Origin: Candidatus Latescibacterota bacterium
GTDB taxonomy: Bacteria; Latescibacterota; UBA2968; GCA-2709665
Direction of reading: 5' to 3'
DNA length: 64,000 nucleotides
Assembly: GCA_965226795.1 (NCBI GenBank)
Contig: CBDDDZ010000005.1
Coordinates: forward strand, 1,312,001-1,376,000
Part shown: positions 10,205 to 19,476 of the stretch, in pieces
Layout of the letters: every line of letters begins with the position of its first letter
How positions within the stretch are numbered: position 1 is the stretch's first letter
The notes under the pieces: model-generated
What the model was told of the DNA's origin: nothing
Databases searched by the model: none
Seen by the model: the letters and a program-made list of their open reading frames with translations, nothing else
Translations under genes and position numbers: made by a program

Positions 10205-11251
10205 ATGCCAGACGGCTTTCGCAGGGCGGCGGCCAAAGACGGCGCCGGACGGATTGTGGTGATTGAGGAACCGATTCCACGGCCCGGTCCCGGTCAGGTC
10301 CTGGTTGAGGTCAGGGCGAGTTTTGTGAGTCCGGGTACGGAACTGGGCGGCGTGAAGAGGCTTCGGGAGAAACCGGGCAGCGGCCCGCCCCGCCCGTTCG
10401 GTTATTCCAATTCCGGCGTGGTAATAGGACAGGGCGAGGGGTGTGAAGACGTTTCAACGGGTACCCGTGTGGCCTGTATGGGTGGAGGTTACGCACTGCA
10501 CGCAACCCACGTCTGCGTTCCCAGGAATATGACGGTTCCGATGCCCGAATCGGTTCCCTTTGAGGACGCGTCGGCGATTCATCTGGTTGCGACGGCGTTA
10601 AACGCCGTCCGCCGTGCCGAGTTGACTCTGGGTGAATATGTCGCGGTCGTCGGACTGGGACCGGTGGGACAGTTCTCCTGTCAATGGGCGCGGCTTGCCG
10701 GCTGCCACACGCTTGCGCTGGACAGGCTGCCGATGCGCCTGTCGGCGGCGAAGAAGACAGGGGTGGACCGGACCGTGATTGTGGGCAAGGAGGACGCCTC
10801 AGGCGTGTCAAAAGATTTTACGCGCGGATATGGTCTGGATGCCGGAATACTCGCCTTCGGCGGGGATGGCACCGAGGCTTTCAAAATGCTGGTTTCGATG
10901 ATGAAGCGGGCGCCGGATACACACCAGATGGGCCGGATCACGATCGTCGGCGGAGCGAAAATCGAGCACGTATTCGCATCGGGCCTGGGCAACCTGGACG
11001 TTCGGAGCGCGGCCCGGACGGGCCCCGGATACCACGATGAAGCCTGGGAACACGGACGGGACTATCCGCCCGTGTTCATGCAATGGACCACCAGGCGGAA
11101 CATGGAGGAGTGCGTGGAGTTTATGGCTTCCGGCGGGATGCTGGTCGAACCGCTCATCACCCACCGGGTCGGGCTTTCCGATGCGCCGGAGGCCTGTGAA
11201 GACCTGATTCAACGTCCCAACGAAGCGCTCGGTGTGGTGCTGGTGCCATAG
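10205..11251 (+). CDS. Medium-chain dehydrogenase/reductase (alcohol dehydrogenase superfamily, apparently zinc-free type)
   Basis: SPGTE and GYS in place of zinc ligands, VVGLGPVG Rossmann motif, C-terminal LITHRV. AGGAG RBS before ATG 10205. Confidence 0.82.
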   Translation: MPDGFRRAAAKDGAGRIVVIEEPIPRPGPGQVLVEVRASFVSPGTELGGVKRLREKPGSGPPRPFGYSNSGVVIGQGEGCEDVSTGTRVACMGGGYALHATHVCVPRNMTVPMPESVPFEDASAIHLVATALNAVRRAELTLGEYVAVVGLGPVGQFSCQWARLAGCHTLALDRLPMRLSAAKKTGVDRTVIVGKEDASGVSKDFTRGYGLDAGILAFGGDGTEAFKMLVSMMKRAPDTHQMGRITIVGGAKIEHVFASGLGNLDVRSAARTGPGYHDEAWEHGRDYPPVFMQWTTRRNMEECVEFMASGGMLVEPLITHRVGLSDAPEACEDLIQRPNEALGVVLVP

Positions 11252-11409
11252 TATCCTGTCCCGGAAATATGGGACCACTCTTCCCGGTCTGCATGCGTGA
11301 GGCTGCACGAACAGGCACGCGCCGGTTCATCCCGTCTCGCGGCGTTGCTCGCACTGAGCTTGTCGAAGCGAGCTTGTTGGAAATTCACGCAGCACAAGGG
11401 GAATTGCAT

Positions 11410-12492
11410 ATGTCTGGAAAACGGTATCGAGGTGGCGCAATTGGCCGAACGGGCCGCGGCGGCTACGGACATGGCCTTCATCTGGGCCTGGCGGCGGCGG
11501 GCGTTGTGGACATGGTGGCCGTGGCGGATCCGGATGAGCAAGGTCGGCGGGACGTCGCGGAGGCGGTGGGTGCGGAACGGACCTATGAAGACTATCGGGA
11601 GATGCTGGAAAAAGAAGCGCTGGAAATTGTAACCGTGGGCCCCCGCTGGGTGGATTGCCACGAGGAGATGGTACTGGCGTGTGTGGCAGCGGGTTGCCAT
11701 ACCTATTGCGAAAAGCCGATGGCGCACAGTCTGGAATCGGCGGACCGCATGGTGTCGGCGGCGGAACGGGGGGGGGTGAAACTGGCCGCAGCGCATCAGG
11801 GCGTTTATCTGCCGCAGGTTCAGGCCGTGAAACACATGCTGGACGAAGGTCGCATCGGCCCGCTGCTGGCGATCTACGCAACCGGCAAGCAGGACCATCG
11901 CGGTGGAGGTGAGGACATGATGGTCCTGGGCATGCACCTGTTCAATCTGATGCGGTTCCTTGCCGGCGATGTGGCCTGGATGAGCGCTCAGGTCAGAGTG
12001 GGAGACCGGGAACTGTGTCCAGGTGACGCCTTTGAAGCCAGGGAACCCGTCGGACTGATTGCAGGAGACTGTATACACAGTTGTTTTGCGTTTGAAAACG
12101 GTGCCGCCGGTTTTTTTGGGTCCCGGGCGAATCAGCCCGGCAATGGGCAGTGTTTCGGGTTGGAACTGGTGGGGCGGGACGGACGGTTTATGCTGCGAGG
12201 CGGCGCACCAACCGTGGTTGCCGCTTATCCGTACAGTGCCTGGTTGCCGGAGGATGAATCGCAGGTTTGGGAAGTGCTGGATCTGGAAACCGCGCCGCTG
12301 GCCGACGGCAATCGGCTGGCGATTCTGGATCTGATTGATGCGATCGAGCATGATCGGCAACCCCTCTCGAGCGGTGTGGATGCGGTGAAGGCTCTGGAGA
12401 TGGTGCTGGGAGCCTATGCGTCGCAGATTTCGGGCGCGCGCGTGGCGTTTCCGATTGCTGACCGAACCCATCCGCTTGAGGGATTCATATAG
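11410..12492 (+). CDS. Gfo/Idh/MocA-family oxidoreductase
   Basis: GRTGRGGYGHG, VAVAD, YCEKP and GMHLFNLM motifs. Confidence 0.88.
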   Translation: MSGKRYRGGAIGRTGRGGYGHGLHLGLAAAGVVDMVAVADPDEQGRRDVAEAVGAERTYEDYREMLEKEALEIVTVGPRWVDCHEEMVLACVAAGCHTYCEKPMAHSLESADRMVSAAERGGVKLAAAHQGVYLPQVQAVKHMLDEGRIGPLLAIYATGKQDHRGGGEDMMVLGMHLFNLMRFLAGDVAWMSAQVRVGDRELCPGDAFEAREPVGLIAGDCIHSCFAFENGAAGFFGSRANQPGNGQCFGLELVGRDGRFMLRGGAPTVVAAYPYSAWLPEDESQVWEVLDLETAPLADGNRLAILDLIDAIEHDRQPLSSGVDAVKALEMVLGAYASQISGARVAFPIADRTHPLEGFI

Positions 12493-12778
12493 CCGGAATA
12501 CAGTGTTGGCCCGTCTCCCGTATCCACGATACCGGGATACGGATTGGCACCTGTGGATTTTCGATCGGTACATAGCTGACCTGTGCGGGCACGCTGGCCT
12601 ATCGGGTCTTTCGGAAGCTGAATCAGACTGAATCGATCCTGCGGCTCATGTACGGATGCTTTGGATATACCACGGAATTGTCGTATATTTTCGGGAGCAA
12701 ATCCGTGTCGAACGGGATTGCATCGGTTTCCAGCCTGTTCTGTTGGCATCGAGGCCCCCGGCGGGAGGTGGAATCAAG

Positions 12779-13741
12779 ATGAATACGAGAATCACCAGAG
12801 ATATTTCAGATCGGATGCGCCCTTCGATCATGCTGGCCGCATGGCCGGGTATGGGAAGTGTGGGCGTTGGGGCGCTGGATTACCTGCGTCGGAAACTGGA
12901 CGCGCTGCCGTTCGCAGAGATTGACATGAGTGAATATTTCGCTCCGGAGGCGGTGGTTGTGGAAAAGGGACTCGCGCGTTCGTTTTCGGATCTGCCAAGC
13001 CACGTCTTTTACTACGTCGAAGAGCCGCCGTTAATTATATCAGAAAGCGAAGCACAGATACCGGGCATGGGAGGCACGGTTCTCATGGGCCACATGCTTG
13101 ACCTTGCGCAGCGGTTCAAGGTGGAAACCATCTATACCGGCGCGGCGTACGCGATGCCTATCAGCCACCACGAACGCGTTCAGGTCCTCGGCGCGGCCAA
13201 CGAGGAAGCCTTGCGGGACGCGCTTGGGCAGCACGGCGTGGAGATCTTGCAGGAAGGACATATTGCCGGTCTGAACGGACTGTTGCTGGGATCGGCCGGG
13301 CTTCGAAATATCCGGGCGGCCTGCCTGTTGGCGACAATGCCGATGTACGCCCAGATGATGCCGAATCCCAAGGCATCGCGGGAGATCGTTCGGGTCTGGG
13401 CGAGAATGCTGGATCTGGATGTGAATATGTCGGAAATCGACCAGGCCGTTGAACGCATGGACGACACCATGTCCCAGATCGAAGAGAAGATTCGCACCAC
13501 CTTCTCCACCATGGAACACGAGGACGAGGATGAAATTGAACTCGAAGAAGTGGACGAGGAGCAGGTGCCTCAGGTGGTGATGGAGCGGATCGAGCGCCTT
13601 TTTGAAGAGGTCGAACACGACACAACCAAAGAGAAGGCGTCCCTTCTGAAGCGGGAACTGGACCGGTGGAACCTGTATGGGCTTTACGAGGACAGGTTCC
13701 TGGGTCTCTTCCGAAAGGATAGCGGCCCCAATCGCGGTTAA
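12779..13741 (+). CDS. PAC2 (proteasome assembly chaperone)-family protein
   Basis: LAAWPGMGSVG, IAGLNGLLLG, ACLLATMP and PNPKAS motifs. GGAGG RBS. Confidence 0.8.
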   Translation: MNTRITRDISDRMRPSIMLAAWPGMGSVGVGALDYLRRKLDALPFAEIDMSEYFAPEAVVVEKGLARSFSDLPSHVFYYVEEPPLIISESEAQIPGMGGTVLMGHMLDLAQRFKVETIYTGAAYAMPISHHERVQVLGAANEEALRDALGQHGVEILQEGHIAGLNGLLLGSAGLRNIRAACLLATMPMYAQMMPNPKASREIVRVWARMLDLDVNMSEIDQAVERMDDTMSQIEEKIRTTFSTMEHEDEDEIELEEVDEEQVPQVVMERIERLFEEVEHDTTKEKASLLKRELDRWNLYGLYEDRFLGLFRKDSGPNRG

Positions 13742-13904
13742 AGAGGTACCCCGCCAGTCATTCCTTATGTTTTCGCGTTATGCAGATTTCGGGACGCGGC
13801 GAATCCCGGTTTCAACGCTCCGTCCAGCAAGAGCCGGTTGCCCCGCTTCAATCCATTGATTCCTGCGGCTGGTTGGTCTGGTCGCTGCGTCGCAACCCGT
13901 CACA

Positions 13905-15005
13905 ATGGTTGAACATAAGGAGACAACAGTGTATCCGGAGCCTGTCGATAGTTCTCTGTTGAAAATTGATCTTTACAGCGATACGGCAACGAAACCCACC
14001 CGCGAAATGCGAGAGTTTATGTGTGCGGCGGAAGTCGGCGATGAGCAGCGTGGGGAAGATCCGTCAGTGAATGAACTGCAGGAGATGGTGGCCGACATCC
14101 TGGGTAAAGAAGCCGCATTGCTGCTGCCGTCAGGTACGATGTGTAACCAGATTGCCTTTGCGGTGCACTGCCGCCCCGGCGATATGGTTCTACTGGAAAG
14201 AAACGCCCACCCACTGCATTCCGAAGCCGGCGGAGCGGCAGTCCTCGCAAGTGCGACCCTGTACCCGGTTGACGGTGTCAATGGGCACTTTACGGCTGAA
14301 CACGTGGCGGATGCCCTTCAGCCGGCGACCCGCTACTGGTCGGGCTTTCGTCTGGTGGCCGTAGAACAGACCACAAACCGGCCGGGCGGGCGCGTCTGGC
14401 CACTGGAGCAGATGCGGGCGGTCTGCGATGCGGCACACGAGCGAGGCGTGCAGACGCACATGGACGGCGCCCGTCTGTTCAATGCGGTTGTCGCGTCCGG
14501 GATTTCGGCAGGGCATTACGCGGAAACGTTCGATTCTCTTTGGATTGACCTGAGCAAAGGCCTGGGTGCGCCCATCGGGGGCGTGCTGGCTGGCGAGACC
14601 GGGTTCATTGAAGCCGCCTGGCAGTGGAAGCAACGGGTGGGAGGTGCGATGCGGCAGGCCGGTTTTGTGGCGGCCGCCGGGATCTACGCGCTACGGCACA
14701 ACATCGACAGGCTTGCGGAGGACCACGCCAATGCCAGAAGGCTGGCGGTCGGCATCTCGGACGCGCCGGGAATTCAGGTGAATCCGGACGAGGTCGAGAC
14801 CAATATGGTGAAATTCGACGTGGGCGGTACGGGGGTGAGTTCGAAAGAGTTCTCAAGCCGGTTGCTTACCGGATGGGGCGTCCGCGTGAGCACGCCGGGC
14901 CCTGTGGCGATTCGCGCCATACCATATCTTGGTATCAGCCAGGACGACGTCGATGAGGCCACGCGTGCGATCTGTGTGGTCGCGGAGGAATTGGCGCAGG
15001 GCTGA
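13905..15005 (+). CDS. ltaE: Low-specificity L-threonine aldolase (PLP-dependent)
   Basis: DLYSDTATKP, PSGTMCN, HMDGARLFNA, LSKGLGAPIG and GGAMRQAG motifs. Confidence 0.9.
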   Translation: MVEHKETTVYPEPVDSSLLKIDLYSDTATKPTREMREFMCAAEVGDEQRGEDPSVNELQEMVADILGKEAALLLPSGTMCNQIAFAVHCRPGDMVLLERNAHPLHSEAGGAAVLASATLYPVDGVNGHFTAEHVADALQPATRYWSGFRLVAVEQTTNRPGGRVWPLEQMRAVCDAAHERGVQTHMDGARLFNAVVASGISAGHYAETFDSLWIDLSKGLGAPIGGVLAGETGFIEAAWQWKQRVGGAMRQAGFVAAAGIYALRHNIDRLAEDHANARRLAVGISDAPGIQVNPDEVETNMVKFDVGGTGVSSKEFSSRLLTGWGVRVSTPGPVAIRAIPYLGISQDDVDEATRAICVVAEELAQG

Positions 15006-15504
15006 ACAACTGTCGACAACAGATATGCAATGAGGCAACCTTCCACCCAAGTCTAGCGAGAGATGGCGCCAAGTGGGAGAACAGGAGCCGAAGCATCCCG
15101 AAATACTGTTTACCAGAATGCACCTGGCATGAAAGTGTATGACGACGACGACATCGTACAGCGCAATCACTGGAGGCGAGGGATAGGGTACGCGGTGGGG
15201 AGAGCATGGGATGAAGGCAAGAACCCATATTGTAGAGAATTGGACAGAGCAGTTATTGGTTGTGGAATTACCATGGGGACCTCTATAGCCACGCGCTCGA
15301 GCGCGGAACCGCCGAAGCGGAGGCCAGGATGGGTTTGGGGCCATTTCGACGCTCTATAGAGTCGCCTCTTGTCAGTTGGCCTGCTGAATTGGGTAGCCGA
15401 TGTCGTTGGGAGGGGTCGGCTGCCTTTCCCTTTGGGATTTGTGCGGGAATTCTCCCACTGAGCGTGGAAGTGAATTGTAAATGCCTGCAGCTGAAGAGTA
15501 CGCT

Positions 15505-15696
15505 ATGAAACGCACATTTACCGTGAAGGCTGTCTGGGACGATGAGGCGCAGGTCTTCTATGCTCAAAGCGACATTGAGGGCTTGCATATTGAGGCTGCC
15601 AGCCTTGATGAATTTGAGGAAATCATAATCGACGCGGCACCTGAATTGATCATGGCCAACCATCGAAGTGTGTCCGAAATCGCCAGGAAAGTTTGA
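15505..15696 (+). CDS. DUF1902-family (HicB-like) small protein, possibly C-terminally short
   Basis: MKRTFTVKAVWDDEAQVFYAQSDIEGLHIEAASLDEF...APELIMAN matches the DUF1902 pattern. Confidence 0.75.
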   Translation: MKRTFTVKAVWDDEAQVFYAQSDIEGLHIEAASLDEFEEIIIDAAPELIMANHRSVSEIARKV

Positions 15697-15767
15697 ACGG
15701 TTGGCGCGATTTTTTCAACATCTGCGGGCGGTTCACGATTTGCAGGCCCGCGACATCTTGCTGACTT

Positions 15768-16586
15768 ATGCGCATTATCGATCCTCACGTTCACGTATGG
15801 GTGAACGACCCTGCCTATCCCTGGGCGCCGGACAATCCGAATCCGCCGAGGGAGGATGCGTCCTGTGACATGTTGCTGGAGCAGATGACGCGTCACGGTA
15901 CGGAAAAGACCGTGCTGGTGCAGGTGATACACTACAAGTGGGACAACCGGTACGCGGGCGACTGTCTGAAAAAATATCCGGATCGTTTCGAGGGCGTCTG
16001 CCGCGTGGACCCGAACAGTCCGTCTGCGGCCGACGATTTGAGCCGATGGGTGGAGGAATATGGTTTCCGAGGCGTACGGTTGAGCCCGGGTGCGGGATCG
16101 GAGGGCGACTGGTTCACCCGGACCGGCTTGGATCGGCTATGGCGGCGAACGCGAGAATTGAAGGTGCCGATGTGCATCCTGACCGAGCAGGCGCGGTTGC
16201 CGGACCTGGAGCGCTGGATTCGCAAATACGACGATGTACAGGTTTGCGTGGACCACATGGCGAGACCACCGGTTGACCGGTCCGGCGGCGCCGGAAGTCT
16301 TCTGAAACTCGCCGAGTATCCGGAGGTGTACGTGAAGATTTCGGGCACCTGGGCCGTGTCTCGTGAAACCTATCCGTATCGGGATACGCACGCGGTTGTC
16401 AAGCAGGTTTACGACGCGTTCGGGCCGGAACGGCTCATGTGGGGCACCGACTGGCCGCTCGTCGAACAGAAGTGCGGCTATACCGGAGCGCTGGAACTGG
16501 TATCGAGGGAATTGCCGTTTCTGAACGAAACAGACAGGGAATGGATCCTGGGAAAGACGGTTCTCAAGCTCTGGCCGTTCGCCTGA
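15768..16586 (+). CDS. Amidohydrolase family 2 (lactonase-like)
   Basis: IDPHVHVW, GVRL, VDHMA, VYVKISG and LMWGTDWP motifs. Confidence 0.88.
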   Translation: MRIIDPHVHVWVNDPAYPWAPDNPNPPREDASCDMLLEQMTRHGTEKTVLVQVIHYKWDNRYAGDCLKKYPDRFEGVCRVDPNSPSAADDLSRWVEEYGFRGVRLSPGAGSEGDWFTRTGLDRLWRRTRELKVPMCILTEQARLPDLERWIRKYDDVQVCVDHMARPPVDRSGGAGSLLKLAEYPEVYVKISGTWAVSRETYPYRDTHAVVKQVYDAFGPERLMWGTDWPLVEQKCGYTGALELVSRELPFLNETDREWILGKTVLKLWPFA

Positions 16587-16595
16587 CGGCCGGCC

Positions 16596-17429
16596 ATGGA
16601 GGCAGCGTCCATGTATAAAGTGTCCTACGACGGCACGAACAAAAAGGTCCTCTGGCAGGAGATGTGGCGCCACGAGTTTGAAGAGGCCCTGACGCACCAT
16701 CCCGTGGTGATTTTGCCCACCGGTTCGGTGGAGCAGCACGGACCCCATTGCCCGATGGATGTGGATATCGTCGGGCCATTCTATATGGCGGTTCGCGTGG
16801 CGCAGCGGGTGGATGACTTTCCCGTGATCGTCGCGCCGCCCATCTGGTCCGGGTTCACACACTACAACAAGGGGTTTGCCGGCACGATCAGCCTGCGGAT
16901 CGAAACATACCTGAACCTGGTCGGCGATGTCTGCAGGAGCATATATGACAACGGCTTCAAGCGGATCGTGATGGTGAACGGGCACGGGGGCAATATGGCG
17001 CCCAACCACGTGGTTCGGGACACCATAGCGGAGGAGAACGTGTTTGTGGTGGCCTACAGCTGGTGGCAGTCCGTTGCGGACGAGATGCTGGAGTGGAGCG
17101 ATGCGGACAACGGCAGCGTGGGACACGGCGGTGAGTGGGAGACATCGGTTATGCTGTATCTGCGGGAGCATCTCATCGCGAAACACCTGATGAACGATGA
17201 TGTCTTCCCGAATCCGTTCAGCGATGATCTCCGGCATTTCGGCGGGTTCTCGGAACGCCGCAGGGATACCCGCGACATCACCGGCACGATGGGCAGTTCG
17301 AGCGCGGCAAGCAGGGAGAAGGGGGAGCGGGTCTTCAACCTGGCGGTGGATCGTCTCGAGCGTCTGGTTCGGGAATTCCACGAACAGCCGGTCAGGCAGT
17401 ACAGGGAATTCGGTTCGCATTGTCCGTAA
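16596..17429 (+). CDS. Creatininase/creatinine amidohydrolase-family protein
   Basis: PTGSVEQHGPHCPMDVD, VNGHGGN and HGGEWETS motifs. The start may be 16611. Confidence 0.88.
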   Translation: MEAASMYKVSYDGTNKKVLWQEMWRHEFEEALTHHPVVILPTGSVEQHGPHCPMDVDIVGPFYMAVRVAQRVDDFPVIVAPPIWSGFTHYNKGFAGTISLRIETYLNLVGDVCRSIYDNGFKRIVMVNGHGGNMAPNHVVRDTIAEENVFVVAYSWWQSVADEMLEWSDADNGSVGHGGEWETSVMLYLREHLIAKHLMNDDVFPNPFSDDLRHFGGFSERRRDTRDITGTMGSSSAASREKGERVFNLAVDRLERLVREFHEQPVRQYREFGSHCP

Positions 17430-17663
17430 GAACCGTTCGCGGCCTCTCCCGTCGGCCCATACCGGCGGTGCCGAGGGGCGTTTTTCCGATTCGGCGATGG
17501 TGGACGGTGAGCGGCGGTGAGACGAAACGATCATCGCAAGTGTTCCGACTGATCCGGGTGACGAAACCGGTCCTGTATGGGCTCTGAAGCTCCCGGATCG
17601 GACGTCGCTACGCGGTCGAGGCTTAACGCGGCACGAAAAGGCATCCGACAGGAGGTCCAGGGC

Positions 17664-19280
17664 ATGTCGAATCTGCTTTATTTTGATTGTCACGCAACCG
17701 TTGGTCAGCGCCCCATGAAACATCCGCGGGTGCGTTGGTCTACCGAGCATCTTCTTGAAGATATGGACCTGGCCGAGATATCCGGCGCGCTGGTGACGCA
17801 CGGTGTGGCCCTGAGTTACGATTCCGCGTACGGAAATCGCCGGCTGCAATCGGAACGGGCAAAGGCGCCAGACAGGCTGTTTGCCGCGTGGTGTATCGTT
17901 CCGCTCGGAGATCCCGGTTTCTTCGCCGACGGAGACGCGTTGATCGGGGCGATGGAGAAGAATGAAGTGCGGGCCGTGCGGCTGGCGCCGGGCGGGTATT
18001 CCATGCATCCTGAATTGGTGGGCCCCACCTTTGAGGTGCTGCAACACCACGGAATCCTGACGTTGCTGGAGGTGGGGTGGGGAATGCCGGATATCTTTAC
18101 GTTCTTCCACGAATTGCTGTGCCGGTACCCACGGTTGCCGGTCTTGTTGACCGATCACGTCTGGAGCCAGCAGCGCCACGTTTACGCGTTGATGCAGCGG
18201 CACGAGAACCTGCACCTGGAATTCTCATCCTACCAGATCAACCTCGGAATTGAGAAATACGCGGCGGATTTTGGAGACGAACGCCTGTTGTTCGGTACCG
18301 GAGGCACGGAGAAGTCGCCCGGCGCGGCCCGGTTTTACGTGGATTACGCGCAGATTCCGGAGACTTCCAAATGCCGGATTGCGGGCGGGAATCTGAAACG
18401 GTTGTTGAAGGGTCAGGGGCCCGTTGCGCCGGCATCGCCCTCGGCGGAAGCGGATGGAATCGTGGCCGAGGCCAGGGCCGGTCAACCTCTATCCGTTCCT
18501 GTCCTCGACGCACATTCCCACGTGTTGCACGAAGGCGGGCAGACGGCAGGTGTGAATTATCTCATGTATGACGGCGATGCCGAACATATGCTGTCCCTGA
18601 ACGCGCGTTGCGGCATCGACCGGACCGCCATGATGAGTTGGAACGCGCCGGTTTGCGTGGATGCACACGACGGAAATGAGATTGTCTGGCGAGCCATGAG
18701 GCGATTCGGTGAACAGGTGATCGGTGTGGCGGTTATCGATCCAACCCATATGACCGCCGCCGAGATGCAGGCCGAGATACGTCTACGGTACATCGAGCAG
18801 GGATTCGTGGGAATGAAGCCCTACGTGCGAATGAACCTGAATTATGAAGATGAGAAATTCATGCCCTGGTGGGAGTTCGGAAACGAACACAGCCTGTACG
18901 CGTTGATGCACGTGGCCGGGCATACGGGCGGCGTGGCGGGCATCGGACGATTGGCGGAGCGGTTCCCGGAGGTAAGCTGGCTGATTGCGCACGCGGGGGG
19001 GAGCTATTCGTTCGCGGAGGAAGTGGCCGCCTGCATTCGGGAGCATCCGAACGTCTATGCCGAGATCACGCTGACTCCCGTGACGAACCGTGTGGTTGAG
19101 TTTCTGGTTGCGACAACGGACGAAGACCACGTGCTGTTCGGCACGGACGCCCCCATGAGAGACCCGCGGCAGCAACTCGGATGGGTCGTCTGGACGGCGT
19201 TGCCGGTGGACGTGAAAATGAAGGTTCTGGGCGGGAATTTCCAGCGGATACTGGATCGGGTAAAGTTACCTGGTGCGTGA
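17664..19280 (+). CDS. Tandem two-domain amidohydrolase-family protein
   Basis: Two TIM-barrel repeats, FDCHAT...LLFGTG...IAGGNLKRLL and LDAHSH...LFGTDAP...LGGNFQRIL. GGAGG RBS. Confidence 0.82.
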   Translation: MSNLLYFDCHATVGQRPMKHPRVRWSTEHLLEDMDLAEISGALVTHGVALSYDSAYGNRRLQSERAKAPDRLFAAWCIVPLGDPGFFADGDALIGAMEKNEVRAVRLAPGGYSMHPELVGPTFEVLQHHGILTLLEVGWGMPDIFTFFHELLCRYPRLPVLLTDHVWSQQRHVYALMQRHENLHLEFSSYQINLGIEKYAADFGDERLLFGTGGTEKSPGAARFYVDYAQIPETSKCRIAGGNLKRLLKGQGPVAPASPSAEADGIVAEARAGQPLSVPVLDAHSHVLHEGGQTAGVNYLMYDGDAEHMLSLNARCGIDRTAMMSWNAPVCVDAHDGNEIVWRAMRRFGEQVIGVAVIDPTHMTAAEMQAEIRLRYIEQGFVGMKPYVRMNLNYEDEKFMPWWEFGNEHSLYALMHVAGHTGGVAGIGRLAERFPEVSWLIAHAGGSYSFAEEVAACIREHPNVYAEITLTPVTNRVVEFLVATTDEDHVLFGTDAPMRDPRQQLGWVVWTALPVDVKMKVLGGNFQRILDRVKLPGA

Positions 19281-19476
19281 GCGCCCCGCCGTTCGATTTA
19301 CGGCTTTCAGAATGCCTTTGCAGGGCGCGCTTCGTGGACGGGCAGTCGGGTCGAGACCGGCGAAAGTGGAGGTGAGGCCGCCGGTCCACACCCGGAAACG
19401 CGACAGGTCGAACCTGAACCCGATAGCGCGCCGGGCGCCAGGTGTCAATCCACGCTACGGGAGAGAAACCGGAGAT

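Noticed and set aside
17500..17620. Hammerhead-like CTGA...GAAAC intergenic segment
   Set aside because: The core is CTGATCC rather than CTGANGA, and a three-stem geometry was not found.
16137..18215. 692-aa minus-strand ORF, and similar long antisense ORFs (11209-12573, 5663-6808, 19486-20628, 36727-37902)
   Set aside because: Antisense shadows of well-supported genes in GC-rich DNA, with no recognisable motifs.
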